From an uncultured Gemmatimonadaceae bacterium (GTDB lineage Bacteria > Gemmatimonadota > Gemmatimonadetes > Gemmatimonadales > Gemmatimonadaceae), in NCBI GenBank assembly GCA_963740355.1, contig CAVUDW010000003.1, forward strand, positions 2,304,001-2,368,000: 64,000 nt of DNA, written 5' to 3'. Under the pieces are notes generated by a model. The model made no database searches, was not told where the DNA came from, and saw nothing but the letters and a program-made list of their open reading frames with translations. Both the position numbers and the translations under genes were made by a program. The stretch's first letter is position 1. Each line of letters opens with the position of its first letter. Below, one piece after another: positions 1 to 8,791 of this stretch.

Positions 1-44
1 GGACTCGGATTCCGTGTACCACGTTGCTGGTTTGCGGGACGGCA

Positions 45-521
45 TCAGAGCGCCAGCTCCATTCGTATCTCCGCCCGCGCATAACCCGTGTCCGGCGGCA
101 AAGGCACGAGACGAAAGCCAAGCTTCTCGTACAGGTGCAACGCCGGGCGGAGCTTGGAGTGTGTGAGCAGGATCAGCGTATGCGCGCCTGCCTCGCGCGC
201 AAACCCGATCACCGCCTCGACCAGCAGCTTCCCCACGCCACGCCCCTGCGCTTCCGGCTCCACGGCCATCTTCGCCAACTCGAATACTCCCGCGGCCGTC
301 GGAAGCGCCGCCACGGTGCCGATCACTCGCGTGCCGTCGAGCGCGAAGTAGACCTGCCCGCCAGGGGCGAGGATCGCGCCTTCGGGATCACTCAGCACCG
401 CGATGTCCGGCGCTTCGAGCGTGAAGTATTCCGTGATCCATCGCGTGTTGAGTCGCGCAAAATCGGCAGCATAGTGCGCGGCATACGGCACGATCGTGAC
501 AGCGTCGGGTGAGACAGTCAT
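45..521 (-). CDS. GNAT family N-acetyltransferase
   Basis: Acetyl-CoA motif FELAKMAVEPEAQGRGVG and ALHLYEKLGF; ATG at 521 chosen. Confidence 0.9.
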   Translation of the reverse strand: MTVSPDAVTIVPYAAHYAADFARLNTRWITEYFTLEAPDIAVLSDPEGAILAPGGQVYFALDGTRVIGTVAALPTAAGVFELAKMAVEPEAQGRGVGKLLVEAVIGFAREAGAHTLILLTHSKLRPALHLYEKLGFRLVPLPPDTGYARAEIRMELAL

Positions 522-592
522 GGGGGCCGACAGATGGTTGCAACGCAGGGTGGCAGCGGTGCGTGAAGACGCCGTGCCTGGCACCGGACCAC

Positions 593-1972
593 TCACTTCC
601 AGCCGACCAACCCCTTCACCGACGCGAACAGCTTCGCACTGTCGTAGCCAACGCCGCGCTTGAACACCAGCTGCATGCGCGTGATCGCGCCGGCGTCAGT
701 CACAGGGTTGCCATCCAGGATCACGAGGTCCGCATCCTTGCCAGTGGCAATCGAGCCGGTGCGTTTGTCGATACCGAGGAATGCCGCTCCATTCAGCGTT
801 GCGATGTGAATCGCCTCGACCGCGGAGAAGCCTGCCTCCACCAGGAGCTGAATCGCGCGCTGGTTGGCGTAACCCGGCACGACGCCGCCGTAGCCGGTAG
901 GGTCGGTGCCCAGCACGAGGCGACCACCAAGTCGAACGAACTCCCGCTCCAGCTCCAACATGCGAGTGTATTCCCGCCTGGCACTGCTGTTCGTGTCGCG
1001 CGAGATACGCTCCCAGGTCGCTTCATACTGTGCGCGTACCTGCGGCAACATCGATTCCAGCGCGCCAAGAGGGGCCTTGGGCTGACCGGGAACACTGATT
1101 TCCATCACGGTCGGTGTCGACGTCAGCGTCACGCCTTTGGACACCAGGTGCTTCAGCAGTTGCTGCACGTCCGGGTCGCGCACATCACGCGACGCGAGCG
1201 CCCTTTTCCCCGCAGGACCTGCCGGACACTGATCCACCACCTTGCCCGGTGCAAAATCGGTCGACGCAAAGAAGCCATGCTCGAGATTGTCGATGCCGAT
1301 GTCGGCGGCTTCCCGATATGTGACCGAACACAGGTGTCCCGTCACCTTGATGCCGCGTGCGTGCGCCACTGCCACGATCGCCGCCAGCTCCGGGCGCGAG
1401 ATCTGCATGTAGGCCTTGAAACTCGTGGCGCCTTCATCGGCCCAGTAGGTCGCCATCCGGGATGCGTCGGCCGAATCGCGGAGCCCCTTCACGCCCGGAA
1501 TCGGCAACCCCGGTCCGTTGAAGTAGGGAGCGGTGACGAAGATATCCGGCCCGGGAATCCGGCCCGATTCAATGTTGCGCGCGACGTTGAAGTCGGTGTA
1601 CCCGCCCATGTTGCCCGCGGTGCGCATCGTAGTCACACCACCACCCAAGTACAGGCGCGGAAAACTCTCGGCATGCGTCGGATATGCGCCGCCGCCCGCG
1701 ACGTAGAAGAGGTGCTCGTGCAACATCACCAGGCCGGGGATCACCGTCTTGCCCGTCAAGTCTCGCACGGCCGCCCCTGCGGGCACCGGGGTGGAGGCTG
1801 ACGGTCCGTACGCCGCGATCTTGCCGTCGCGCAGAACGATCGTCTGGCCTTCGCGCGCCGCCGCGCCGGTGCCATCCACGACGCGGGCATTCGTGAGTGC
1901 GATCACCGGCTCGTTTGCCGCGACGAATTGTGCTGGAGATTGCAGCAGGAAGGCGAGCGATAGAATCAGCAT
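593..1972 (-). CDS. Exported amidohydrolase family protein
   Basis: Signal peptide, PGLVMLHEH metal motif, C-terminal GSIATGKDADLVILDGNP. Confidence 0.9.
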   Translation of the reverse strand: MLILSLAFLLQSPAQFVAANEPVIALTNARVVDGTGAAAREGQTIVLRDGKIAAYGPSASTPVPAGAAVRDLTGKTVIPGLVMLHEHLFYVAGGGAYPTHAESFPRLYLGGGVTTMRTAGNMGGYTDFNVARNIESGRIPGPDIFVTAPYFNGPGLPIPGVKGLRDSADASRMATYWADEGATSFKAYMQISRPELAAIVAVAHARGIKVTGHLCSVTYREAADIGIDNLEHGFFASTDFAPGKVVDQCPAGPAGKRALASRDVRDPDVQQLLKHLVSKGVTLTSTPTVMEISVPGQPKAPLGALESMLPQVRAQYEATWERISRDTNSSARREYTRMLELEREFVRLGGRLVLGTDPTGYGGVVPGYANQRAIQLLVEAGFSAVEAIHIATLNGAAFLGIDKRTGSIATGKDADLVILDGNPVTDAGAITRMQLVFKRGVGYDSAKLFASVKGLVGWK

Positions 1973-2066
1973 GGATCACGGTGACCGACGGTGAACGAAC
2001 GGAGGGCCCTCTTCGCGCTGCCACGAGCGACACGACACGCCGCCTTGCGCACAAGCTATGTACGCG

Positions 2067-2459
2067 TCAGGGTGCCGGTTCGCGGACCTGCAGCACGTTG
2101 CCCTCAGGGTCGTGCCCATCGCAGGCGCGAAATCCCCGTGCCTCCCATTCCGCCGATGCCGGCTTGATCGCTCCACCAAGCGCGAACGCTGCGCTACGGG
2201 CGGCGGCGATGCTCACGACCGGAAAGCAGAACTTCAGGTACGAGTCCTCGCGCACGACGACACCACCCGCGACACCTGCCTGATCCCCGTCACTCCAGCG
2301 CATCGCATGCACGACTAGCTGCATCCCGTGCGTTTCGAGAATCACGTGGTCGGCGGCGTCATGCACCATCACCATGCCGCCGACGCCCTCGTAGAACCGC
2401 GATACACGGTGCACATCAGAGACGAACAACACGACGGCGGCTTGCGGCAGTGAAGGCAT
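2067..2459 (-). CDS. VOC/glyoxalase family protein
   Basis: VLFVSDVHRVSRFYE at the N-terminus and DPEGNVLQV at the C-terminus. Confidence 0.8.
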   Translation of the reverse strand: MPSLPQAAVVLFVSDVHRVSRFYEGVGGMVMVHDAADHVILETHGMQLVVHAMRWSDGDQAGVAGGVVVREDSYLKFCFPVVSIAAARSAAFALGGAIKPASAEWEARGFRACDGHDPEGNVLQVREPAP

Positions 2460-2474
2460 CAGGTGACTCGCGAT

Positions 2475-2873
2475 TCAGGTTGGCGCTGACGCGGCGCTGT
2501 GCATATCAGCGGTCTGCCGTGCGCGAAACCAGCCGCCCGCAACAGCACTCGGCGCCATCAGCAGCAATGCTGCAACCTGACTCCACACCGATCCATGCCC
2601 AAGTGTCGCGGCCAGCGATACCCCCGCGCCAATTGCCAGTAACACCGAGACAGCCACTCCGTGCGCCTGTGGATTGCGGCCTGCGATCACGCCGGCTGCG
2701 TAGCCGCCAGCACACGCGAACAGCATCCCCGACACGATACTCAGCGCCATGAACGACATCGGCGCCGCGGCATGTGGTGCCTGACCCGACACGCGAAAGA
2801 TCGCGAAGGACAGCGCAGCAAAAATGACGTAGCCGACAAACACCGCCAGCATCGAGCGAAGAAACGAGATCAC
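2475..2873 (-). CDS. Small integral membrane protein (about 4 TM)
   Basis: Four hydrophobic segments; GGAG upstream of GTG. Confidence 0.75.
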   Translation of the reverse strand: MISFLRSMLAVFVGYVIFAALSFAIFRVSGQAPHAAAPMSFMALSIVSGMLFACAGGYAAGVIAGRNPQAHGVAVSVLLAIGAGVSLAATLGHGSVWSQVAALLLMAPSAVAGGWFRARQTADMHSAASAPT

Positions 2874-3007
2874 AGGAGTCTCGAGAGGTTCGAATACGAC
2901 GTGGAAAATTCTGGCATCAGGACCAACGCGGTCTCATCGTCATCCCTCCAATGGGCGATGTACGATCGAACCACCATCGCTTCCGACCGACTCGCGCACC
3001 GTTGACG

Positions 3008-3397
3008 TCAGCTCGCCCTCTCGGATGAGAAGACCAACAGAAAACCATCCAGATCTCGCGCGCGAAACACACGGGCACCGAAAGCGTCTGCCGGCTCACT
3101 GGCCAGGACACCGCCGCGCGCCACGATACCGGCGGCCAATTCGTCGATATTCGCTCGGGTGGTGAATTGCATCGAGAACCCGTCGCCCTTCTGTCGATCC
3201 AGCCCCTTCGTTCCATCATCCTGCGTGAGGAGGATCTTCACCGTTCCAGCACTCAGCGAGACGGCGCGCACAACGCCCTCGCGGACGTATTCCTGATGCA
3301 CCGTGAAGCCGACGACGTCACGGTACCAGCCAAGGCTGGCGGCAAGATCGGCGACGGTAAGTGACACGTTCAACGCAACTGCTTCAAATGGGATCAT
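3008..3397 (-). CDS. VOC family protein
   Basis: LTVADLAASLGWYRDVVGF and ARDLDGFLLVF. Confidence 0.85.
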   Translation of the reverse strand: MIPFEAVALNVSLTVADLAASLGWYRDVVGFTVHQEYVREGVVRAVSLSAGTVKILLTQDDGTKGLDRQKGDGFSMQFTTRANIDELAAGIVARGGVLASEPADAFGARVFRARDLDGFLLVFSSERAS

Positions 3398-3510
3398 CGC
3401 GTGATGCTGGGCGTTCTCTCGGAGGGGACGTCATGATCGAGCCCAAGCTACGATGAGCGCGCTGCCTTGTGCCACTCAGCCCAGTCGGCACTCGCGACGC
3501 GGAAGCGCGC

Positions 3511-4251
3511 CTAGACGAGCTCGACGGCCCGCTTCGCGCCGACGCTCCGAAGCCACGCCACAAAGTCGGCATCGCCGCCCTCCAGCGCCACATCACAGGC
3601 CGTCTTGCGGTCATGCCCGATCCAGTTCACGTCTGCTCCACGCTCCATCAGGAGCGTGGCTGTCGCGCGCTGACCGCCACGGCAGGAATGCCAGAGCGCA
3701 TTCGTGAGATCGCGAGTGTCAGGCGCGGGGGTCGATGCCATCAGTGCTTGCACACGCTCGACCAACCCGAGCGCTGCCGCCTGCCAGATCGTCGTCTCGG
3801 CGCCGCGCTCGAATAGACGCCGTGCCGCGCGCCACTGCGCGAAGATCACCGCATCCGACATTGCCGGACCACCGGTGAAGACGGCGCCTCCGGCCTCGAT
3901 CTCGGCGCCGTGATCGAGCAACGCGTCCAGGACCGCCACATCATCACTGCTGGCTGCCGCGTGCAACGCGGTCTCAGGCGACCCCGACTTGGCCGCGTGA
4001 ATCAGCGGCGCGCTCATCTCCGCCCCTGCCGCTGCCAGGACAGCCACCGTCGCCGCACCGTTCGGGAAATGCCCCGGCCAATCCGCCACGATATGCGCCA
4101 GCGTGCGCGACACACCCTTGTCGTCGACGATCCGCGCCGTCGCCAATGCAGGTCGCGCCTTCAATTGTTGTTCGAGTGACGCCGTGTCACCGCCCTGAAT
4201 CGCGGCCACGATCGCTCGTGCACTCGCATCACTCGCTGGAATCTTCAGCAT
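3511..4251 (-). CDS. Ankyrin-repeat protein
   Basis: ETALHAAAS...LLDHGAEIE and LLMERGADVNW repeats. Confidence 0.85.
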   Translation of the reverse strand: MLKIPASDASARAIVAAIQGGDTASLEQQLKARPALATARIVDDKGVSRTLAHIVADWPGHFPNGAATVAVLAAAGAEMSAPLIHAAKSGSPETALHAAASSDDVAVLDALLDHGAEIEAGGAVFTGGPAMSDAVIFAQWRAARRLFERGAETTIWQAAALGLVERVQALMASTPAPDTRDLTNALWHSCRGGQRATATLLMERGADVNWIGHDRKTACDVALEGGDADFVAWLRSVGAKRAVELV

Positions 4252-4759
4252 CGCGCCTCATCGCTTTCGTCTTGTCCATCCACACGCCCCACGTCGCCCG
4301 CCCAGCATCGGCATCGCGCACCGGCTGACCCGCCAACTTCATCGTCAACTTGATCTGGCCATGATGATAACCCTCATGCCAGATCATGTGTTGCAGCATG
4401 AGCACTGGATGATCGTAATGCAACTCCATTGCGCGACCAGATGCTATGCGTGATTGCACCGCATCCCGTACAACTTTCGCACTTTCGTTCAGCATCTGTG
4501 CAATGCGGGCCGGATCTCGCTCGTGCAGCCACTCGATCGGAGGCACGGTCGTGGCGCGCTCCGGCACATCCTCCGCCACCGAGATCAGGCGCACGTAGTG
4601 CATGTGCGTGAACAGCTCGGCTATCGTCGCACTGCCATCCATCGATCGCACCTCGAGCGCATCCGGCGGCAGCAGGGCGAGCAAGTTGACGAGGATGGTG
4701 TTGTTGCGATCCCACGAGTCGAGCAGGGCGTCGAGAAGGCTCTGGTCAGATTCCGTCAA
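4229..4759 (-). CDS. DinB family protein
   Basis: HMHYVR and WHEGYHHGQI His motifs; TTG start with upstream GGAG inferred. Confidence 0.85.
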   Translation of the reverse strand: MTESDQSLLDALLDSWDRNNTILVNLLALLPPDALEVRSMDGSATIAELFTHMHYVRLISVAEDVPERATTVPPIEWLHERDPARIAQMLNESAKVVRDAVQSRIASGRAMELHYDHPVLMLQHMIWHEGYHHGQIKLTMKLAGQPVRDADAGRATWGVWMDKTKAMRRDAEDSSE

Positions 4760-4805
4760 GATGTCGCCGCTCCACGTCGTGGATGACGCCAACGGACGAG
4801 GGTGC

Positions 4806-5378
4806 TCACGCCGGTGGCAGGTAGAACAGCAGGTCGAGCGACGGTGGCTTGATCCCCTGCGTCCGCAACAGCACACAGATCTGGGCCGTATGCCGCATCT
4901 CGTGAATCATCACATGCCACATCAACCCGTCCAGCGTGTATCGCTCCGACGGTGCATCGTGCAAGCTCACGACGCGACTCAGCTCGTCGTCGGTGAAGGT
5001 CGCGAGGTGCGCCAGCGTGTTGCGCTCTACCGCGCGCCAGTAGTCCAGCAACGCGTCGAGTCGCATGCCGGAGTAGTCGTCACCCGACTGGTGATCCCGC
5101 AACGCCGGTATCGACTCCCACACCGGCGGCACGCAGAGGATGTCTTCGTTCACCCATCCATCTTCCACTGCCGGAATGTGGAAGACGAAATCCTTGATGC
5201 TGCGGAATCGGTCTCCACGCAACAGGGGCTTGGCCAGCACCTCCTCCGGGATGGCCGACAGCGCGCTCCAGAGATCTCGACGCGCTCGGCCGAGGTAGTC
5301 GTATGCTGCTGCGATGTTCACCGGGTCTGCTCCGAGATGGCGTAGGATGTCGATGTCGGCGCGTGCGGGCGATGCCAT
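4806..5378 (-). CDS. DinB family protein
   Basis: SIKDFVFHI and WHVMIHEMRHTAQI. Confidence 0.85.
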   Translation of the reverse strand: MASPARADIDILRHLGADPVNIAAAYDYLGRARRDLWSALSAIPEEVLAKPLLRGDRFRSIKDFVFHIPAVEDGWVNEDILCVPPVWESIPALRDHQSGDDYSGMRLDALLDYWRAVERNTLAHLATFTDDELSRVVSLHDAPSERYTLDGLMWHVMIHEMRHTAQICVLLRTQGIKPPSLDLLFYLPPA

Positions 5379-5497
5379 ACGACTCCCCATCTGTCGTACT
5401 GCACCGCACGTCGCGCGCGGTCACGATACGCGCCCAGTGTCACAGCCGGCAAGTCGTGGCGCTGTGACCCAATCTGGTAGCCCGCACGCGCCGGATG

Positions 5498-5950
5498 TCA
5501 CGTGTTGGACACCGCCAGCACGGCAGCCGATAGGGACATGATCGCACAGAGCGGCGTGAACACTCGCGTATCCCACGTTGCGAACGGTGTCCCGTGCACG
5601 CGCTTGAACAGGCCGACATAGCGGAATTCGCCGATTGTCCGCGCACCAAACGCGAGGGCCACGCCCCAGATTCCCGTACGCTGCACCACGACCGGCAGGT
5701 GCACGCCCAGCAGGTGCGCACTGCCAAGTACGATGATGCCGGCCAGCGAAAGCGCGATCGCAACGCCGACCGTCGTAATTCGGCCAGGGCGGAAGAGCGG
5801 GCGACCATCGAGGCGCGTCGGCACCGCTGCGCCAGAGCTGGCACCACGGACCGCCCAGTGGACGTGCAATGCCGCCAGCACGAACAGGATGACCGAAAGG
5901 CACGACGCAAGAATCTTCACGAATGGCGCAATTTGAGGTGGCATAAACAT
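5498..5950 (-). CDS. DUF3995-like membrane protein
   Basis: LAALHVHWA, RTIGEFRYVGLFK and FATWDTRVFTPLC match my recollection of the family; start uncertain. Confidence 0.7.
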   Translation of the reverse strand: MFMPPQIAPFVKILASCLSVILFVLAALHVHWAVRGASSGAAVPTRLDGRPLFRPGRITTVGVAIALSLAGIIVLGSAHLLGVHLPVVVQRTGIWGVALAFGARTIGEFRYVGLFKRVHGTPFATWDTRVFTPLCAIMSLSAAVLAVSNT

Positions 5951-6206
5951 ATCCGCTGCGTCGCTGCCCAATGGAATGCCATCGAGGAAGCGACCGTGAA
6001 TTCGCTCCGCATTTGGTCGCGTTGACGCGGGCGACACCCGCACCGCGCATGGGTCGAATGACCTGTGTTCGAACCAACTTCCAGCGTGTCAGCGCACGTG
6101 TAACCCGCGGCGCCGATCTCCCGTATTTCTCGTGTATTCGCAGCCGCCATTTGTCATGTCTGAAGACAGGCAGCCTTACCCACAGACGATTTGAAACGAG
6201 GAAGAC

Positions 6207-6611
6207 ATGTCGATCGAACTCTCGCAGGATGACCGCGCCGCACTCGAGCGGACTGTCTCCCAACTCGAAGCCGGATGGAATGCTCTCGATGGCGCGGCAT
6301 TCGCCACGCCCTTTGCCGACGATGCCGACTTCGTCAACGTTCGCGGTGAGCACCATCGCACTCGCAACGCCATTGCCGGCGGACACGAAGGAATCTTCTC
6401 CACCATCTACGCCGGCAGCCGCAACCAGTACACGCTCGAGTCGGCGCGCCTGCTGCGTCCCGATGTCGCCCTCGTACACGTGCGATCGGCGCTCGATGTC
6501 CCGCAAGGGCCGTTGGCCGGTCATCTCAGCGCGCTCTTCTCGATGGTGCTCACCAAGGAGCCTGATGGATGGCGCATCGCGACCTTCCACAATACGCTCA
6601 CCAATGCCTGA
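6207..6611 (+). CDS. SnoaL-like/NTF2 (SgcJ/EcaC-type, DUF4440) protein
   Basis: AGWNALDGAAFATPFADDADFVNVRG and GWRIATFHNT. Confidence 0.85.
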   Translation: MSIELSQDDRAALERTVSQLEAGWNALDGAAFATPFADDADFVNVRGEHHRTRNAIAGGHEGIFSTIYAGSRNQYTLESARLLRPDVALVHVRSALDVPQGPLAGHLSALFSMVLTKEPDGWRIATFHNTLTNA

Positions 6612-6685
6612 CGTCGTTGCGATCGTGGCGTTGATGCGCCACGGCGCCGCGGCGCAGTGAAGGCGTTCGCGCAGTCAGCGCCGCA

Positions 6686-7108
6686 TCACATCGCGTCCAG
6701 GCGTTGCTGAAGTCGCTCCATTCCGCCACGCACCATGTCCGCGTAGCCGCCATCTGGCAGCGCATCCACGACATCGCGGCCGCGGCGGGCGAGTCGGCGC
6801 GCCTCGTCGATCCGCCCGGCGACTCGGTACGACTCCGCGAGGTTCAGGCAGAGTGACGGCAATAACTCGACCATCCGCGCGTCGGTGAGGGCGTCGGCAT
6901 GGTGGAGGGCGACTTCGTTCCAGTGCAGTGTCAGTTCCGGCGCACCCTGCAGTCTCGCGAGGTAGTGCGCCGCAATGCTGGCATCGAAGTCATCAGTGCG
7001 CGCAGCCCATGCCTGCTCGTACAACGCAAGCGCCTCGGCGCGATTGCCTTCCACCTGGATGCCCGCGATGCAGAGCGCCACGACGGAATTGTTGGTGTCG
7101 AAGATCAT
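6686..7108 (-). CDS. Small helical TPR-like hypothetical protein
   Basis: ALALYEQAW, IAAHYLAR and PSLCLNLAESY; ATG at 7108. Confidence 0.7.
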   Translation of the reverse strand: MIFDTNNSVVALCIAGIQVEGNRAEALALYEQAWAARTDDFDASIAAHYLARLQGAPELTLHWNEVALHHADALTDARMVELLPSLCLNLAESYRVAGRIDEARRLARRGRDVVDALPDGGYADMVRGGMERLQQRLDAM

Positions 7109-7274
7109 CGGACCTCGTCTACGGCAACCAGCGCAGCGACGATCACCGCCCGGGATTCTGCCTGCTGTGTGTCGCGCGTGATGGTGGCGCTGCAATCGTC
7201 GAGCTGTCGGTCGTATGACCCGAACTGCGGGTCCAAATGCATCAGGCCAGCCGTGTCTTGGAACGTAACGCAAC

Positions 7275-7721
7275 TCACGCGCCGCGTGCCCACCACAGAT
7301 ATACCAGCGCCAACGCGATATCCGGCGTCGCCTGAAAGGCCATCGTAGTCGGTACATCGCCGCGGAGCGCATACGCCGCCGTCAGGAAGAAGAATCCAGC
7401 CTTCCCGATCGCACCTACTACGATCAGCGGCCGGTTGAGCGTGCGCTGCATCGCCTGCCACCCGTATACGATTCCAAACAGGGCGATCGTAAACGCGATC
7501 TGCCCGGCGTAGTACGGCGGCGCCGCGATCGGCCACATCAGCGAGGGTCGCCCGATCGCGAGTGGTGCAAGGATGAACACGCCAAGCGCGTTGAGCGCAA
7601 CGCTGCTCCACAACGCACCGCGGATGATCTGATCTCGTGACATCGGCGCGAGAAGTGGGAATACAGCATGCATGGCCGTGCGGTCCATACGAATCGAGGG
7701 CATGCGGGTTTCGTGCGACAC
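7275..7721 (-). CDS. Membrane hypothetical protein
   Basis: About 4 hydrophobic segments; true start probably at a downstream ATG. Confidence 0.65.
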   Translation of the reverse strand: MSHETRMPSIRMDRTAMHAVFPLLAPMSRDQIIRGALWSSVALNALGVFILAPLAIGRPSLMWPIAAPPYYAGQIAFTIALFGIVYGWQAMQRTLNRPLIVVGAIGKAGFFFLTAAYALRGDVPTTMAFQATPDIALALVYLWWARGA

Positions 7722-7754
7722 ACTCCCTGCAGCAGCGTTGACGTCACGCAGCAG

Positions 7755-8168
7755 TCACCGCCACGTCGTGGCGGCGCCGGAACGACCGACCAGCCACCAT
7801 TCGCTGGCAACGGCCACCCCCACCCCCACAGCGTACGCCAGCAGATCGCGTGGGTCGAACCCGCTGCCGAGCACCAGGCGCCCGAACAGCGTGCCACGTA
7901 AGGCGTCGAGCGCCGGCGTGTGGAGGAGCTGGCTCAGTTCCACGGCGACACAGATGGTCAGTGCTGCCACTCCGCGGCTCGTGCGTGTGGCGGCTGGGAA
8001 CAGCGCGCTGATCCACCACACGATCATCACCGCCCAGAGCGCGTCACCAAGTACATCCTGCGCCGCCGCACCGAGCGCCGCGCCTCGCAGATGCACCACA
8101 AGTCCTGCCACAATCGTCGCCAGCGCGAGCCCAGCGTACGTCACCCGCGCGCGAAGCATGGAGGGCAT
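7755..8168 (-). CDS. DUF2809 (YjgA-like) membrane protein
   Basis: GDALWAVM, VELSQL and LVLGSGFDPRDLLAYAVG. Confidence 0.85.
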   Translation of the reverse strand: MPSMLRARVTYAGLALATIVAGLVVHLRGAALGAAAQDVLGDALWAVMIVWWISALFPAATRTSRGVAALTICVAVELSQLLHTPALDALRGTLFGRLVLGSGFDPRDLLAYAVGVGVAVASEWWLVGRSGAATTWR

Positions 8169-8172
8169 GGAC

Positions 8173-8652
8173 TCAAGTACGAAGTGGAATCGGTTGCAGC
8201 AAGTAGTAGACGTCTGTCCTCAAAAGCGAGGGATCGGCGTGCCAATGCCCATACACCTCCCACGACGGTCCTGCGTACTGGCGATCATTCGTGCGGCACC
8301 AATCGAGAATCGCAGCGTGTGCGGCGCCCAATCCGGTATAGTCACCGACGTGCACTGCCGTCGCTGCGATGCCAGCGGGCGTCGACATCGGCACGACCAA
8401 ACCACGCGCTGTAAACGGCGACGTCACACCGACGCAGAAGTCGACCTGCAGCGACCCATCATCCTGCTCGAGGTAGATGAAGATGTTCTGCCCGTCGAGC
8501 GCCGCCACACCGTCGCGACCTGCGGCATACACCTGGTCGAGGTGCGCCCTGAACGTTCGGGAAACTTCGCCACGGCCACCGCGCACACGAACACCGGCCA
8601 CCGCCCGCGCCTCGACCGCCACCTCCGCTACGCCGTAGTGTTTTCCCGCCAT
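8173..8652 (-). CDS. GyrI-like small-molecule-binding protein
   Basis: VHVGDYTGLGAAHAAILDW and WEVYGHW. Confidence 0.8.
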   Translation of the reverse strand: MAGKHYGVAEVAVEARAVAGVRVRGGRGEVSRTFRAHLDQVYAAGRDGVAALDGQNIFIYLEQDDGSLQVDFCVGVTSPFTARGLVVPMSTPAGIAATAVHVGDYTGLGAAHAAILDWCRTNDRQYAGPSWEVYGHWHADPSLLRTDVYYLLQPIPLRT

Positions 8653-8791
8653 CGTTCGCTCCGATTGCGTCGTCGTACGCAACGTGACGAGTACACAGAC
8701 CCGCGTCGAGAAACAGCAGGAATCAGGTCACAAACCGAAGTACGACGATCCTCGACCGACAAGTGTCTTCCACAACCTGCCCAGCCAACAG